From the IMG/VR virus record IMGVR_UViG_3300030390_001024, positions 1 to 64,000 of that record: a stretch of DNA of 64,000 bases; one strand, given 5' to 3'. Under the pieces are notes generated by a model. The model did not search any database. It had not been told where the DNA came from and was given only the letters and a program-made list of their open reading frames with translations. Position numbers and translations under genes: made by a program. This document shows, piece after piece, positions 1 to 8,810 of this stretch. Source of the stretch: a virus. Every line of letters begins with the position of its first letter. Positions within the stretch are counted from its first letter, which is position 1.

Positions 1-37
1 ACTAACATGCCCTCCGCCTGATTAAAAAAATTTCATT

Positions 38-123
38 CCCCCCACCAAAGTTATGTATTTTACGTGCTGTGTAGGTCCCCACGTTTTGCTCCCCACCGTA
101 TAACTGTGGTTGGGTTACCCCCC
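38..123. repeat. C-rich motif cluster (CCCCAC x3 plus GGGTTACCC palindrome), possible terminus/packaging region
   Basis: CCCCAC at 40-45, 77-82 and 91-96; GGGTTACCC at 112-120; unusually C-rich in an AT-rich genome; lies upstream of the first early gene. Confidence 0.45.
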
Positions 124-144
124 GTAATATATCCACAACAATTT

Positions 145-240
145 TTGTTGCTCAATTATGCTACTATCCTTAACAGGTGAGGTAGGATAAAGTGTTGCGT
201 AAATCCGGAACAGAGCAGGAGTGAAAGCCTGTAGTAACAA
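145..240 (+). ncRNA. Putative structured leader RNA
   Basis: TTGTTGCT(145-152)/AGTAACAA(233-240) closes two inner stems, TATCCT/AGGATA and GCAGG/CCTGT; ends 18 nt before ATG 259. Confidence 0.35.
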
Positions 241-258
241 ATTAAAACTTTATTAACT

Positions 259-654
259 ATGTTATATTTTTATTCCTTAAATCAAGGACAACGTTCAGAT
301 GGAACTCAATTCCGTTCTATCATTGCAACTGACAAACCAGTTGCAAAAACTAAGACAGTATCAATAGGTACACAATCTGCAGGTGCAGGTGCTAACCTAA
401 GAGCTGTCAAATATGGTGCATTTAACCCACAAGATGATAATGGTAATCAGTTATCAGCTGACAATCCATGGTGGGATAGCTTCATAGAAGATTTCTCTAT
501 TGATATGGAGAATCCTACTAGATCTACTGAAACTTTTAAAACATACCAAGGTAGCTTTGCTATGTTATCAGAAGATTTAGAACTGACAGATACTAATGTG
601 ATTAAATCAGATGGTAGTACTGCAGATAATCTTTACTATGTGAAAACTAAGTAG
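259..654 (+). CDS. Hypothetical early protein (131 aa)
   Basis: Clean ORF with A-rich start context; no recognisable motif. Confidence 0.8.
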   Translation: MLYFYSLNQGQRSDGTQFRSIIATDKPVAKTKTVSIGTQSAGAGANLRAVKYGAFNPQDDNGNQLSADNPWWDSFIEDFSIDMENPTRSTETFKTYQGSFAMLSEDLELTDTNVIKSDGSTADNLYYVKTK

Positions 655-661
655 AGTAAAT

Positions 662-732
662 AGAGAAAGGTTTATCAAAGGATTTAATTGGTTTCAGGTA
701 GCACCTGTGTAAAACACACCAAGCCTTTCTTT
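662..732 (+). ncRNA. Multi-branch hairpin/terminator after first ORF
   Basis: AGAGAAAGGTTT(662-673)/AAGCCTTTCTTT(721-732) outer stem; inner CAGGT-AGC-ACCTG and TGTGT-AAA-ACACA. Confidence 0.5.
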
Positions 733-967
733 TATATCAGAATATAAGAGAAAGTAAAATGGCCTCAAAATCATTTTATAGTAAGAGAGAGTGTAATCAT
801 GCAATCTAAAATGTAAGCAGGCAACTCCAGAAATTTATAGGCCATAGATTTTATACCAAATGGAACCACTTACTTGGAGCTTGAGATAAGCTGCTCTCTT
901 CTCTTATTTTCTCGTCTTACTGTAACAAGTTTTGAGTTTTGCCTTACATACTGCAACAACTTTCCAC

Positions 968-1169
968 TTTGCTCTCCCTTTCCCCTTGTTTGCTCCCTTT
1001 CTGTTGATTGTGAGCACAACAAGTACATTAAAGTGTGTGTTAAACTGTATGTACCACATCACATATCCACATATTACCACTATTTACCACATCAAAATAA
1101 TTATTACAACCTAAAGTATATATATAGCTAACAACAATACAAGTGTAGCTATTACTCACAACAATACAA
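968..1169. repeat. Iteron-like direct repeats in non-coding region
   Basis: TTTGCTC(TC)CCTTTC x2 (968, 989); TACCACATCA x2 (1052, 1085) with CCAC at 1054/1067/1077/1087; ACAACAATACAA x2 (1131, 1158). Confidence 0.5.
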
Positions 1170-1261
1170 CAAGGGTATTCTATGTCTCTCTCTCTATAGG
1201 ATAATAGGCATAGTACCCGGAATCTTAATCAAATAATCTCTAACAAATAACAAAAACTATT

Positions 1262-2041
1262 ATGAAACAACTAGAAAAAGAACAAGCAAAAGTCAATAAA
1301 GGAATACCTGTATCTAAGGGATACTATGTAGAATCATCAGGATACAAGGATAATTATACTTATACAGCAGTAAAAATTGATAAGAAACAGGCTGAAAAGA
1401 ATTATAATACATACAAAGGGTTGTTTTATCTTATCTTATTCATGCCATTAATATCTATGGCACAACAACAAACCTATGTACCAGATGATAACTTTGAGGC
1501 TGCCTTAGAGTATATGGGTATAGGTAACGGAATACCAAATGATGACTTTGTTCACACATATAACGTAAGTGATGTAACAAGTCTATCTATAAACTTTGAG
1601 GATATATCTGACCTAACAGGTATAGAAGACTTCCTTAGCTTAAGAAGCCTACATGTTCAGGGTAACCAATTAACAAGTATAGATCTCAGTAATAATACTG
1701 CTTTAAAGATTTTTTATGTTGATGACAACCAGCTCACACAACTTGATCTAAGTAATAACCCTTTGATAGAATCGCTACATGTATTTAATAATCCAGGCTT
1801 AGAATGTATAAATGTGTATGATATAAATCAAGCAAATAATTGGCCTACTAGTCATGCTCAGCTTGATAACAATCAATACTTCAGTGAATCGTGCATGTTA
1901 ACAGATGTACTAGAGATAGAACAATATAGAAAACTCGTAAAGATAATAGATCTATGGGGTAATGAAGTAATCAAATATAATCAAGCTGTCTTCTTCATAT
2001 ATGATGATGGAAGCGTAGAAAGAAAAGTAATAATCCAATAA
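1262..2041 (+). CDS. Leucine-rich-repeat (internalin-like) protein with internal signal-like segment and T9SS-like C-terminal domain
   Basis: QTYVPDDNFEAAL cap; LRRs (ISDLTGIEDFLSLRSLHVQGNQLTSIDLSNNTALK, DNQLTQLDLSNNPLIESL); C-terminus KLVKIIDLWG...FFIYDDGSVERKVII. Confidence 0.8.
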   Translation: MKQLEKEQAKVNKGIPVSKGYYVESSGYKDNYTYTAVKIDKKQAEKNYNTYKGLFYLILFMPLISMAQQQTYVPDDNFEAALEYMGIGNGIPNDDFVHTYNVSDVTSLSINFEDISDLTGIEDFLSLRSLHVQGNQLTSIDLSNNTALKIFYVDDNQLTQLDLSNNPLIESLHVFNNPGLECINVYDINQANNWPTSHAQLDNNQYFSESCMLTDVLEIEQYRKLVKIIDLWGNEVIKYNQAVFFIYDDGSVERKVIIQ

Positions 2042-2051
2042 ATCTGTTATC

Positions 2052-2285
2052 ATGAATAAAACACAATATGAATCTTTACTAACATTTCTTAGTGAAGAAA
2101 GAGCACACCTCAAATTTGGGGATGATGCAATAGAATTCAACTCGCATACAGGTGACCTTGAGTTTACCTATCATGCAAATAAATATATCAGAGCTGAAGA
2201 AGGCGTATTAGAAATAACCTTTGAACAGTTCGGATTCAAACCCAAACAAAGCTTATTAGATAGACTTAAGAATCTATTTAATTAA
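2052..2285 (+). CDS. Hypothetical protein (77 aa)
   Basis: In-operon ORF. Confidence 0.7.
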   Translation: MNKTQYESLLTFLSEERAHLKFGDDAIEFNSHTGDLEFTYHANKYIRAEEGVLEITFEQFGFKPKQSLLDRLKNLFN

Positions 2286-2317
2286 AAACCTATTAGTGAT
2301 AATAGACTAACAACACC

Positions 2318-2434
2318 AGCTATTTATGTTAGATAATAACATGAGTAGTTAGGTCTTGTTTTTGTTTTTGTTAATTGTGGTTAGTTGATATGGCACCTGA
2401 TACCTTTTCTTAACTTGTTTGGGTGTTGGGTGCC
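2318..2434 (+). ncRNA. Tandem hairpins with U-rich spacer and loop
   Basis: AGCTATTTATGTTA/TAACATGAGTAGTT (2318-2350) followed by a U tract; GGCACCTGATACC/GGTGTTGGGTGCC (2392-2434); mismatches are G-U on the + strand. Confidence 0.55.
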
Positions 2435-2474
2435 CTCTATCATAAATCAAATTACTAATACTAAATTAAATTAT

Positions 2475-2972
2475 ATGCCAAACAATTATAACATATCAAC
2501 ACAAGCACTCGTAAAGTTGCTTAAAAATATACTAAATGTACAGGGTCACATGAACACTGATCACATATTCTCTATTTTAATGACTGATCTATCTGATCAC
2601 GCTAAAGAATCTATATTACATCTTGCATACATGGATAATGAGTATGCACCACTACAAATAGGAGACTATTGTATTGTTAAACCAAGATCATACCATGCAG
2701 GATCTGAATTTGAGTGGGATATATTAGATGATCTCAAGCTTAACCCAGGTAATGGTAATGTCTATGCTCAAGTTATAGGAGATGGAAGCTGGAGTAGCAG
2801 TGAACCATACAATCCATTTCATTCAACATTAGAAGTTGAACTACTATATCATGACACTGATGGATTGCTTAAAAAAGTTAAAGATACAATCAATCCAATG
2901 GAGTTAACATACGTTGACGTAGATGAGATTAAATACTTTGACATATTAGATACAGATAAACCAATAATATAA
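2475..2972 (+). CDS. Hypothetical protein (start revised to ATG 2475)
   Basis: ATG preceded by A-rich AAATTAAATTAT; the listed TTG start overlaps the hairpin. Confidence 0.75.
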   Translation: MPNNYNISTQALVKLLKNILNVQGHMNTDHIFSILMTDLSDHAKESILHLAYMDNEYAPLQIGDYCIVKPRSYHAGSEFEWDILDDLKLNPGNGNVYAQVIGDGSWSSSEPYNPFHSTLEVELLYHDTDGLLKKVKDTINPMELTYVDVDEIKYFDILDTDKPII

Positions 2973-2973
2973 T

Positions 2974-3168
2974 ATGCCTAGACTATCACCTGAACTCATA
3001 AAAGATGAGTATAACAAGTGGAGACACTCAGATAAAGACACAGGCTTTGGGCCTTACATGAATGAAAAGTATTTTCTTAAAGATGTTGAACTCATTAAAG
3101 AATTAGATACTAACATGGCTTTACTTAGACTATTAAAAGATCATGCTAAAGAAGAAGATACATTTTAA
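2974..3168 (+). CDS. Hypothetical protein (64 aa)
   Basis: Tightly coupled ORF. Confidence 0.7.
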   Translation: MPRLSPELIKDEYNKWRHSDKDTGFGPYMNEKYFLKDVELIKELDTNMALLRLLKDHAKEEDTF

Positions 3169-3400
3169 GTTTGGAATAGTAAACCATAAGGTTATATCTG
3201 ATCCAAGCTTAACTATACAAGCAAAAGGATTGTATTCATTACTATCCTGTTACGCAGACAAAGAAAGAAGTTGCTTTCCTTCCTTGTCCACACTAGCTGA
3301 TACTCTCAACGTTACACCTGACACAGTCAGTAGGTACATTAGAGAGTTAAAAGCACATAATTACATAAAAAGAGTAGGCAGAAAGCTATACATAATTTAA
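3143..3400 (+). CDS. Winged helix-turn-helix DNA-binding protein (HTH_36-like)
   Basis: LTIQAKGLYSLLSCYAD...CFPSLSTLADTLNVTPDTVSRYIRELKAHNYI. Confidence 0.85.
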   Translation: MLKKKIHFKFGIVNHKVISDPSLTIQAKGLYSLLSCYADKERSCFPSLSTLADTLNVTPDTVSRYIRELKAHNYIKRVGRKLYII

Positions 3401-3482
3401 GCGTTAGCTATTATACTGCACTTTTATTTTGAATTTGAACCAAGATATTTAATTATTATTGTCTCAGAGCAATTTATTATTT

Positions 3483-3490
3483 TACTTTTG
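3483..3490 (+). promoter_or_regulatory. Bacteroidota sigma -7 element (TAnnTTTG)
   Basis: TACTTTTG 19 nt upstream of ATG 3510. Confidence 0.5.
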
Positions 3491-3509
3491 TTAGTATTAA
3501 ATTAGTAAA

Positions 3510-3782
3510 ATGATAGTACAATTGCCCAATGGTAGAATAATTGAATGTTCTTTAGAACAGTATCTCTCTCTTTCAGATCAAGAGGTACAAGATCTAAACG
3601 GATTAAGTTCAGCGTATACCAAAGAAGTGGGTAATCCTTTTTATAATAGCTTCTCCAGTACAACAACACCTAAGGAAATCAAAGAATCTATAGAGTTTAT
3701 AGAAGAGTTTGAGCCAGCCTTAGATGAGATGGAGGCTTTTGAAAAGTTGGAAGACCCGTATTTCCATTCAGATGATGTCTAA
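3510..3782 (+). CDS. Hypothetical acidic protein (90 aa)
   Basis: ORF starting MIVQLPNGRII with acidic C-terminus. Confidence 0.8.
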   Translation: MIVQLPNGRIIECSLEQYLSLSDQEVQDLNGLSSAYTKEVGNPFYNSFSSTTTPKEIKESIEFIEEFEPALDEMEAFEKLEDPYFHSDDV

Positions 3783-3825
3783 TAGTTAGACACATTAATC
3801 ATTTATTAATTTAATAATCCAAAAA

Positions 3826-4401
3826 ATGCAAAATTTAAATCAAGAAGTTACAATCGTAGCTGATGACATGGGTAATGTTATCAGACAATCACAAAACAAT
3901 CCAGAGTATGGTCACATTAGGCTAGTACAAGACAGAATCACAATAAACAATGGTTTTGTTAATAAGAAGCCTGTATCTACACTGTTACAGGGTCAGATGG
4001 AAGTATTACAATCACTAGGTTGGAATGCTGATACTAAGCCAGGAGGCAGAATAGTAGTTCTAGAGTCTTTCACAGGTGATGACCGTAATCTTAAAGTTGC
4101 TGGTCAGACAGGTGTAATCTGCAAGAGTGTAGATCGTGAGACAGGTGAAGAAAGAAACATCTATAGAACAACAAAGTTCAAGTCAGATCCAAATGCACAA
4201 GATACATTCATAGATCATACTAATGCTGATGAAATCAGAACAGCAAATGGTGTCACTGTTACTAATGAAACAATGACACAGACTCCAGACCAAGCGTTTG
4301 TAGAAAGTGTGGAAGATGAAGTAGAAGAAGAAGTAGTTGATGTAGTTGATGATAGCAAAGAAGTTGAAGTAGAAGACCTTAAGAAGGAATTCGCACTATA
4401 A
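3826..4401 (+). CDS. Putative ssDNA-binding protein (beta-rich, acidic tail)
   Basis: Beta-rich core plus very acidic tail ending in FAL; followed by a terminator; function inferred. Confidence 0.5.
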   Translation: MQNLNQEVTIVADDMGNVIRQSQNNPEYGHIRLVQDRITINNGFVNKKPVSTLLQGQMEVLQSLGWNADTKPGGRIVVLESFTGDDRNLKVAGQTGVICKSVDRETGEERNIYRTTKFKSDPNAQDTFIDHTNADEIRTANGVTVTNETMTQTPDQAFVESVEDEVEEEVVDVVDDSKEVEVEDLKKEFAL

Positions 4402-4424
4402 CTTAATTTGTTGGAGATACAATA

Positions 4425-4456
4425 GGGCTGGGGTAGGGTAATACCTCAGCTCTTTT
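4425..4456 (+). terminator. Intrinsic terminator
   Basis: GGGCTGGGGTA-GGGTAA-TACCTCAGCTC followed by TTTT. Confidence 0.75.
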
Positions 4457-4496
4457 GTATTATTAAAAAAATCATTAACTAAAAAACACTACTAAA

Positions 4497-5018
4497 ATGC
4501 TATCACAAAAACAATTACAAAAACTAAATCAAGAACAACAAGTAAATCTCTTAAAACTAAGAGAAGAACGTTATCAATACTATGGATTACTCAGTGAGTA
4601 TCAGTTACACCCTGAATCTATAGTCAACACACTAAATTATTCAAAGTTAAACAAGTATCAAGTGTTCCTATTTAAGAGAGTGCTTCATGGTCTTAATGTT
4701 TATAAACCTGAGGAAGTTAAGAAGCTTCATTGGGATAAGAAACGTAGAATAAGTAGGGTATGGAGAAGAGCACAGAGAGAAATCAATGCTTGGAAACAAA
4801 CCATTTGCAATAAGAAAATAAATAACTATCTTCGTAAGACTTTTACAGGTAAGACAGTAGAATATATACTATCTGTACCAGCAGAAGAAACGTTAGAGGA
4901 TTACAATAACACTATGACTTTCAAAGAGTTAGGTATTAACTATGAAGATGTTATACTTAAGTTCTTATCATTAGGATTATTGCCTAGAAATTTCTTTACA
5001 ATAACAAATGGGAATTAA
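4497..5018 (+). CDS. Hypothetical basic protein (173 aa)
   Basis: Clean ORF. Confidence 0.8.
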   Translation: MLSQKQLQKLNQEQQVNLLKLREERYQYYGLLSEYQLHPESIVNTLNYSKLNKYQVFLFKRVLHGLNVYKPEEVKKLHWDKKRRISRVWRRAQREINAWKQTICNKKINNYLRKTFTGKTVEYILSVPAEETLEDYNNTMTFKELGINYEDVILKFLSLGLLPRNFFTITNGN

Positions 5019-5289
5019 TAATTATTCAAAAAAAATGTCTAAGTTGAATGCGGCATACACCAAGATGCGTGTGCCGTATTTAACAGACAATCCAGTCTGT
5101 CATGCTAACATACACAACTGTAGTATAAAGGCCACAGACATACATCACAAACAAGGCAGAGGTTTAAACCATCTAAATGTAGACACATGGTTACCTGTCT
5201 GTAGAAATTGTCACATGTGGATAGAAGAAAACACAGTTGAAGCAATTGAACTGGGATTTTCTCTACCAAGAACACAAGAAAATAAATGA
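5008..5289 (+). CDS. Small HNH-like Zn-binding endonuclease
   Basis: C-x6-C...DIHHKQGRG...WLPVCRNCHMWI. Confidence 0.7.
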   Translation: MGINNYSKKMSKLNAAYTKMRVPYLTDNPVCHANIHNCSIKATDIHHKQGRGLNHLNVDTWLPVCRNCHMWIEENTVEAIELGFSLPRTQENK

Positions 5290-6389
5290 CCAACAGAGAA
5301 ATAGTACAAGAAGATGCATTAGACATTGCATTAAAAAATAAAAGATGTGGATTAGGTATATCTATGGGTGTAGGCAAGACAAGAATTGCTATACAACATC
5401 TGATGGTTAACTTTAATCCGTTAATAGAGGCCTTGGTAGTGATACCAAAACACTCAGTATCCCAATCATGGGTTGATGAGTTAGGCAAGATGAATCTAGA
5501 GAAGTTAGTAAAGCATATAACATTTACTACATATCTATCACTAAAGAAACATAATCCAAACAACTATGATATAGTATACCTGGATGAATGTCATTCATTG
5601 TTACCATCTCATGAAATGTTCTTAAGTTTATTTAAAGGTAAGGTACTGGGTCTAACCGGTACACCACCAAGAGATAAACAATCAGAGAAGGGCAGGCTAG
5701 TACATAAGTATTGTCCAATCAAATATGAATTTAGTGTTGATGATGCAACAGACTCTAAGATATTAAATGATTATCAGATCATTATACATGAGTTAGAGTT
5801 GTCTAAGCTACCAACATTAAAGAAGAAAAATAAAACAACAGGTGGTACATGGTGGACCACTGAAGTAAAAGACTATGGTTATGTTACCAATAGAGTTGCT
5901 GAAGCTCAGACTCAAAAGCAAAAACAATTTGCTGCTATAATGAGGATGAGGGCGCTAATGGAATATACAACTAAAGAAGACTATACTAAATCATTACTAA
6001 AGAACTTAGGTTCCAAGTGTATTATATTTGCAAACACACAGAAACAAGCAGATAGAATATGTAAGTATAGCTATCACTCTACCAACAAGAAGTCAGAAGA
6101 TAACCTGGAAATGTTTATTGATGGAAGAATTGATCAGTTATCCTGCGTGTTACAATTATCAGAAGGTGTTACAATAAAAAACCTGAAACAAGGTATTATT
6201 ATGCATGCATATGGTAATGAAAAGAAAACTGCACAGAGAATTGGTAGGTTATTAAGGTTAAATCCTACTGAGACAGCAACATGTCACATACTGTGTTACA
6301 AAGGAACACAAGATGCATCATGGGTCAAGTCAGCACTAAAAGGATTTGATCAGAATAAAATTAAATACTATAACCCCTTAAAAAGATAA
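5286..6389 (+). CDS. Superfamily 2 DExH helicase
   Basis: MGVGKT, DECH, LTGT, QRIGRLLR motifs. Confidence 0.92.
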   Translation: MTNREIVQEDALDIALKNKRCGLGISMGVGKTRIAIQHLMVNFNPLIEALVVIPKHSVSQSWVDELGKMNLEKLVKHITFTTYLSLKKHNPNNYDIVYLDECHSLLPSHEMFLSLFKGKVLGLTGTPPRDKQSEKGRLVHKYCPIKYEFSVDDATDSKILNDYQIIIHELELSKLPTLKKKNKTTGGTWWTTEVKDYGYVTNRVAEAQTQKQKQFAAIMRMRALMEYTTKEDYTKSLLKNLGSKCIIFANTQKQADRICKYSYHSTNKKSEDNLEMFIDGRIDQLSCVLQLSEGVTIKNLKQGIIMHAYGNEKKTAQRIGRLLRLNPTETATCHILCYKGTQDASWVKSALKGFDQNKIKYYNPLKR

Positions 6390-6392
6390 TCA

Positions 6393-6560
6393 ATGGAATT
6401 AATATATATAATACTTGCAATAGCTACAAATCTGCTAGTACTTAGAGTGGCTTATTATATAGGCCAAAGAACAGGAAGAGTCAGATTTATAAATAAAATT
6501 AACAAACTAACAGTAAGCCAGATCATTGAACATAAGATGTCTTGCTTTAAAAAATTATAA
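6393..6560 (+). CDS. Small membrane protein (55 aa, not in ORF track)
   Basis: Manual translation MELIYIILAIATNLLVLRVAYYIG...; fills the intergenic gap. Confidence 0.65.
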   Translation: MELIYIILAIATNLLVLRVAYYIGQRTGRVRFINKINKLTVSQIIEHKMSCFKKL

Positions 6561-6562
6561 CT

Positions 6563-6811
6563 ATGGGAAGAATGAAAGAAATATTTATGGCTCAAATGGA
6601 AGAGCAATACCAAGGTGATCATGATGCAATGATACAAGACATGGCACGTGTAACATGTGAAGAGTTAGTTCCTGATATGGATCACGTTTGCCCTAACTGT
6701 TATGGAAAAAATAAAATACACAGCATGGTACGTAATGAAACAGAGGCTGGTTGTTTAGATTGTGGACAAGAGTATGTCATAGTAGATGATAACGTATTAA
6801 GATTTAAATAA
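6563..6811 (+). CDS. Zn-ribbon protein
   Basis: CPNC...CLDC. Confidence 0.75.
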   Translation: MGRMKEIFMAQMEEQYQGDHDAMIQDMARVTCEELVPDMDHVCPNCYGKNKIHSMVRNETEAGCLDCGQEYVIVDDNVLRFK

Positions 6812-7080
6812 TGGCTAGACATACAATTGACATAGATAAAACATTATATTGTGAAGTAGAGTATACATATCATAAGAAAGAAGATCAAGTGTGGTCAGAA
6901 AGTAATGGAGATCCTGGTACGCCAGGTTATCCTGCTTATGTAGAAGTGCATGCAGTTTATATGCCTTTAAAAGATGAGAATGGAAATACTGTTGGTGCAG
7001 ATATTTTACCTATCTTAGATGATATGATTGACATAGATTTAGATAACATAGAAGATAAAATATTAAGATACAATGAGTGA
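6811..7080 (+). CDS. Hypothetical protein (89 aa)
   Basis: Coupled ORF; GDPGTPGYPA motif. Confidence 0.75.
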   Translation: MARHTIDIDKTLYCEVEYTYHKKEDQVWSESNGDPGTPGYPAYVEVHAVYMPLKDENGNTVGADILPILDDMIDIDLDNIEDKILRYNE

Positions 7081-7252
7081 AGAAATAGAAAAAGACATGC
7101 AAGACATGCAAACAAATAGTATAGAAGAGGATATAAAGTATAGACAAGGCAGATCAAAATACAGAGTAGAACAAACTGAGATAGCTGCCGGTGTTTGTTT
7201 TGCAATATATATAATACTCTTAACAATAATTTGGTACATATCACATATATGA
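7073..7252 (+). CDS. Small tail-anchored membrane protein (59 aa, not in ORF track)
   Basis: MSEEIEK...YRQGRSK...AAGVCFAIYIILLTIIWYISHI; ATGA overlap with next gene. Confidence 0.7.
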   Translation: MSEEIEKDMQDMQTNSIEEDIKYRQGRSKYRVEQTEIAAGVCFAIYIILLTIIWYISHI

Positions 7253-7632
7253 AAGATCAACTATTTATAAAAGCAACAATCAAGGAAGGTAAGCTACACT
7301 TCCCTATAAAAGCCTTTGAAACTAAGTATAATAATTTCTTTAAGAAGCAGCCAGATGGCGCTAAGATAGAATTATTTATTGGAGTTCAAGATGGCAAAGG
7401 TAGTAATCCTCAATTGGCTAGGCTACATGTCATGATAAGAGAGATTGCAAATGAGATAGGATATACATTTGAAGAGATAAAACTACAAGTAAAGCGTAAA
7501 GCTGGCCTATGTTTTAATAAGAATAATGTTGAGTACTGTAAATCCTTTGGGGATTGTGATAAAGAAGAACTAAACTTAGCTATACAAGCTTGTATAGAAA
7601 TAGGAGACTTTAATAATATGCAGTTAAGATAG
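7249..7632 (+). CDS. NinB/YbcN-like recombination-associated protein
   Basis: GSNPQLARLHVMIREIANEIGYTFEEIK...KSFGDCDKEELNLAIQ resembles NinB; start revised to ATG 7249. Confidence 0.55.
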   Translation: MKDQLFIKATIKEGKLHFPIKAFETKYNNFFKKQPDGAKIELFIGVQDGKGSNPQLARLHVMIREIANEIGYTFEEIKLQVKRKAGLCFNKNNVEYCKSFGDCDKEELNLAIQACIEIGDFNNMQLR

Positions 7633-8046
7633 CTTGGCTATCTCTTGTGCTAAGTATGCTAATCCTTCACCGGCAGTCTTCTTAGTCTTAGCTTCTTCAG
7701 CTAATTCAGCAAGCTTCTTATCATCAACAGGTAACTCTTCTTCAATTTCTAAGTTCTGTTGTTTAGCAAAAGCTTTAAGTAAGTGTGTTAAAGAGTATAT
7801 AGTATATAACTCATGCTCTATAGGTGTTAAAGCTGCATCATCACCTTTAAGCTTACTAGTAATAATGTTATGAAACTTATCAGTTAGCTCACCTATCTTA
7901 CTATAATCATCATAAAATTCAGAAATGTATCTATAATATACATTTTGTAAACCAGGAATAAAAGCAGGAGACACTTCAATATTTTTAATGACCTTAGTAA
8001 AGTCATATGTAACTATTTTACGTACAGGTTGTTTCTTGTCTTCCAT
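7624..8046 (-). CDS. Hypothetical protein on the opposite strand with its own promoter
   Basis: Fills the gap between + genes; start MEDKKQ at 8046; TATATTTG upstream. Confidence 0.75.
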   Translation of the reverse strand: MEDKKQPVRKIVTYDFTKVIKNIEVSPAFIPGLQNVYYRYISEFYDDYSKIGELTDKFHNIITSKLKGDDAALTPIEHELYTIYSLTHLLKAFAKQQNLEIEEELPVDDKKLAELAEEAKTKKTAGEGLAYLAQEIAKLS

Positions 8047-8065
8047 AATAATTAGATTTATTAAA

Positions 8066-8073
8066 CAAATATA
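8066..8073 (-). promoter_or_regulatory. Bacteroidota -7 element
   Basis: TATATTTG on the - strand, 19 nt before ATG 8046. Confidence 0.55.
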
Positions 8074-8082
8074 CAATAATAT

Positions 8083-8772
8083 ATGAAAAAATCAGAAATA
8101 GACATCAATAATTTAAGAGAAAGAATTAATAATGCACTAGAGGAATCAGGTTGGACACCTGCACTAGCTCCTTTTATAAATGGATTAAGCTTTGACATAA
8201 TACTAAACAGTCTAATCAGTATGTATGAGTCTGGTAAAAGATTTACGCCAAGGTTCAAAGATATATTTAATGCATTTAGAGAATGCCCATACAAAGAGAT
8301 TAAAGTTATTGTCATAGGTCAAGACCCATATCCACAGCTTGGATCAGCTGACGGAATAGCTTTTAGTTGCTCAAAGAAAGGTAAAGCAGAAAAATCCCTG
8401 CAGTATATTCTTAAAGCATTAAATGATGAAAATGGTGACGTTGACTTAAGGCGTTGGTCTAACCAGGGTGTGCTATTACTTAACACAGCATTCACATGTG
8501 AGATTAATTCAATAGGCTCACATATAAACCTATGGAAACCATTTGCTGTGTATTTATTTGAGTTATTAAATAGACATCATAAAAATATACCTATTATAAT
8601 GATGGGTAAAAAAGCAGAAGACTGGCAAGTATACCTATCAAATCAAAAATTATATAAAGTAGCACACCCGGCCTCAGCTGCATATAGAGGAGGACAATGG
8701 GATTGTAAAGATGTGTTTAATCAAGTAAATATAGAACTTGAAAAGCAAGGAAAGGCTTGTATAAAATGGTAA
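8083..8772 (+). CDS. ung: Uracil-DNA glycosylase, family 1
   Basis: GQDPYP, GIAFS, GVLLLN, AHPAS motifs. Confidence 0.95.
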   Translation: MKKSEIDINNLRERINNALEESGWTPALAPFINGLSFDIILNSLISMYESGKRFTPRFKDIFNAFRECPYKEIKVIVIGQDPYPQLGSADGIAFSCSKKGKAEKSLQYILKALNDENGDVDLRRWSNQGVLLLNTAFTCEINSIGSHINLWKPFAVYLFELLNRHHKNIPIIMMGKKAEDWQVYLSNQKLYKVAHPASAAYRGGQWDCKDVFNQVNIELEKQGKACIKW

Positions 8773-8810
8773 AATTACTTATATTTATAAACTCAAAAAA
8801 CCAATAAAAT

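Noticed and set aside
145-240. Hammerhead or other known ribozyme, or tRNA
   Set aside because: GAAA is present but there is no CUGANGA core; no tRNA cloverleaf with a T-loop was recognised here or elsewhere by eye
874-1131. ORFs 874-1131 and 932-1114
   Set aside because: TTG starts, low-complexity translations, and they overlap the repeat region
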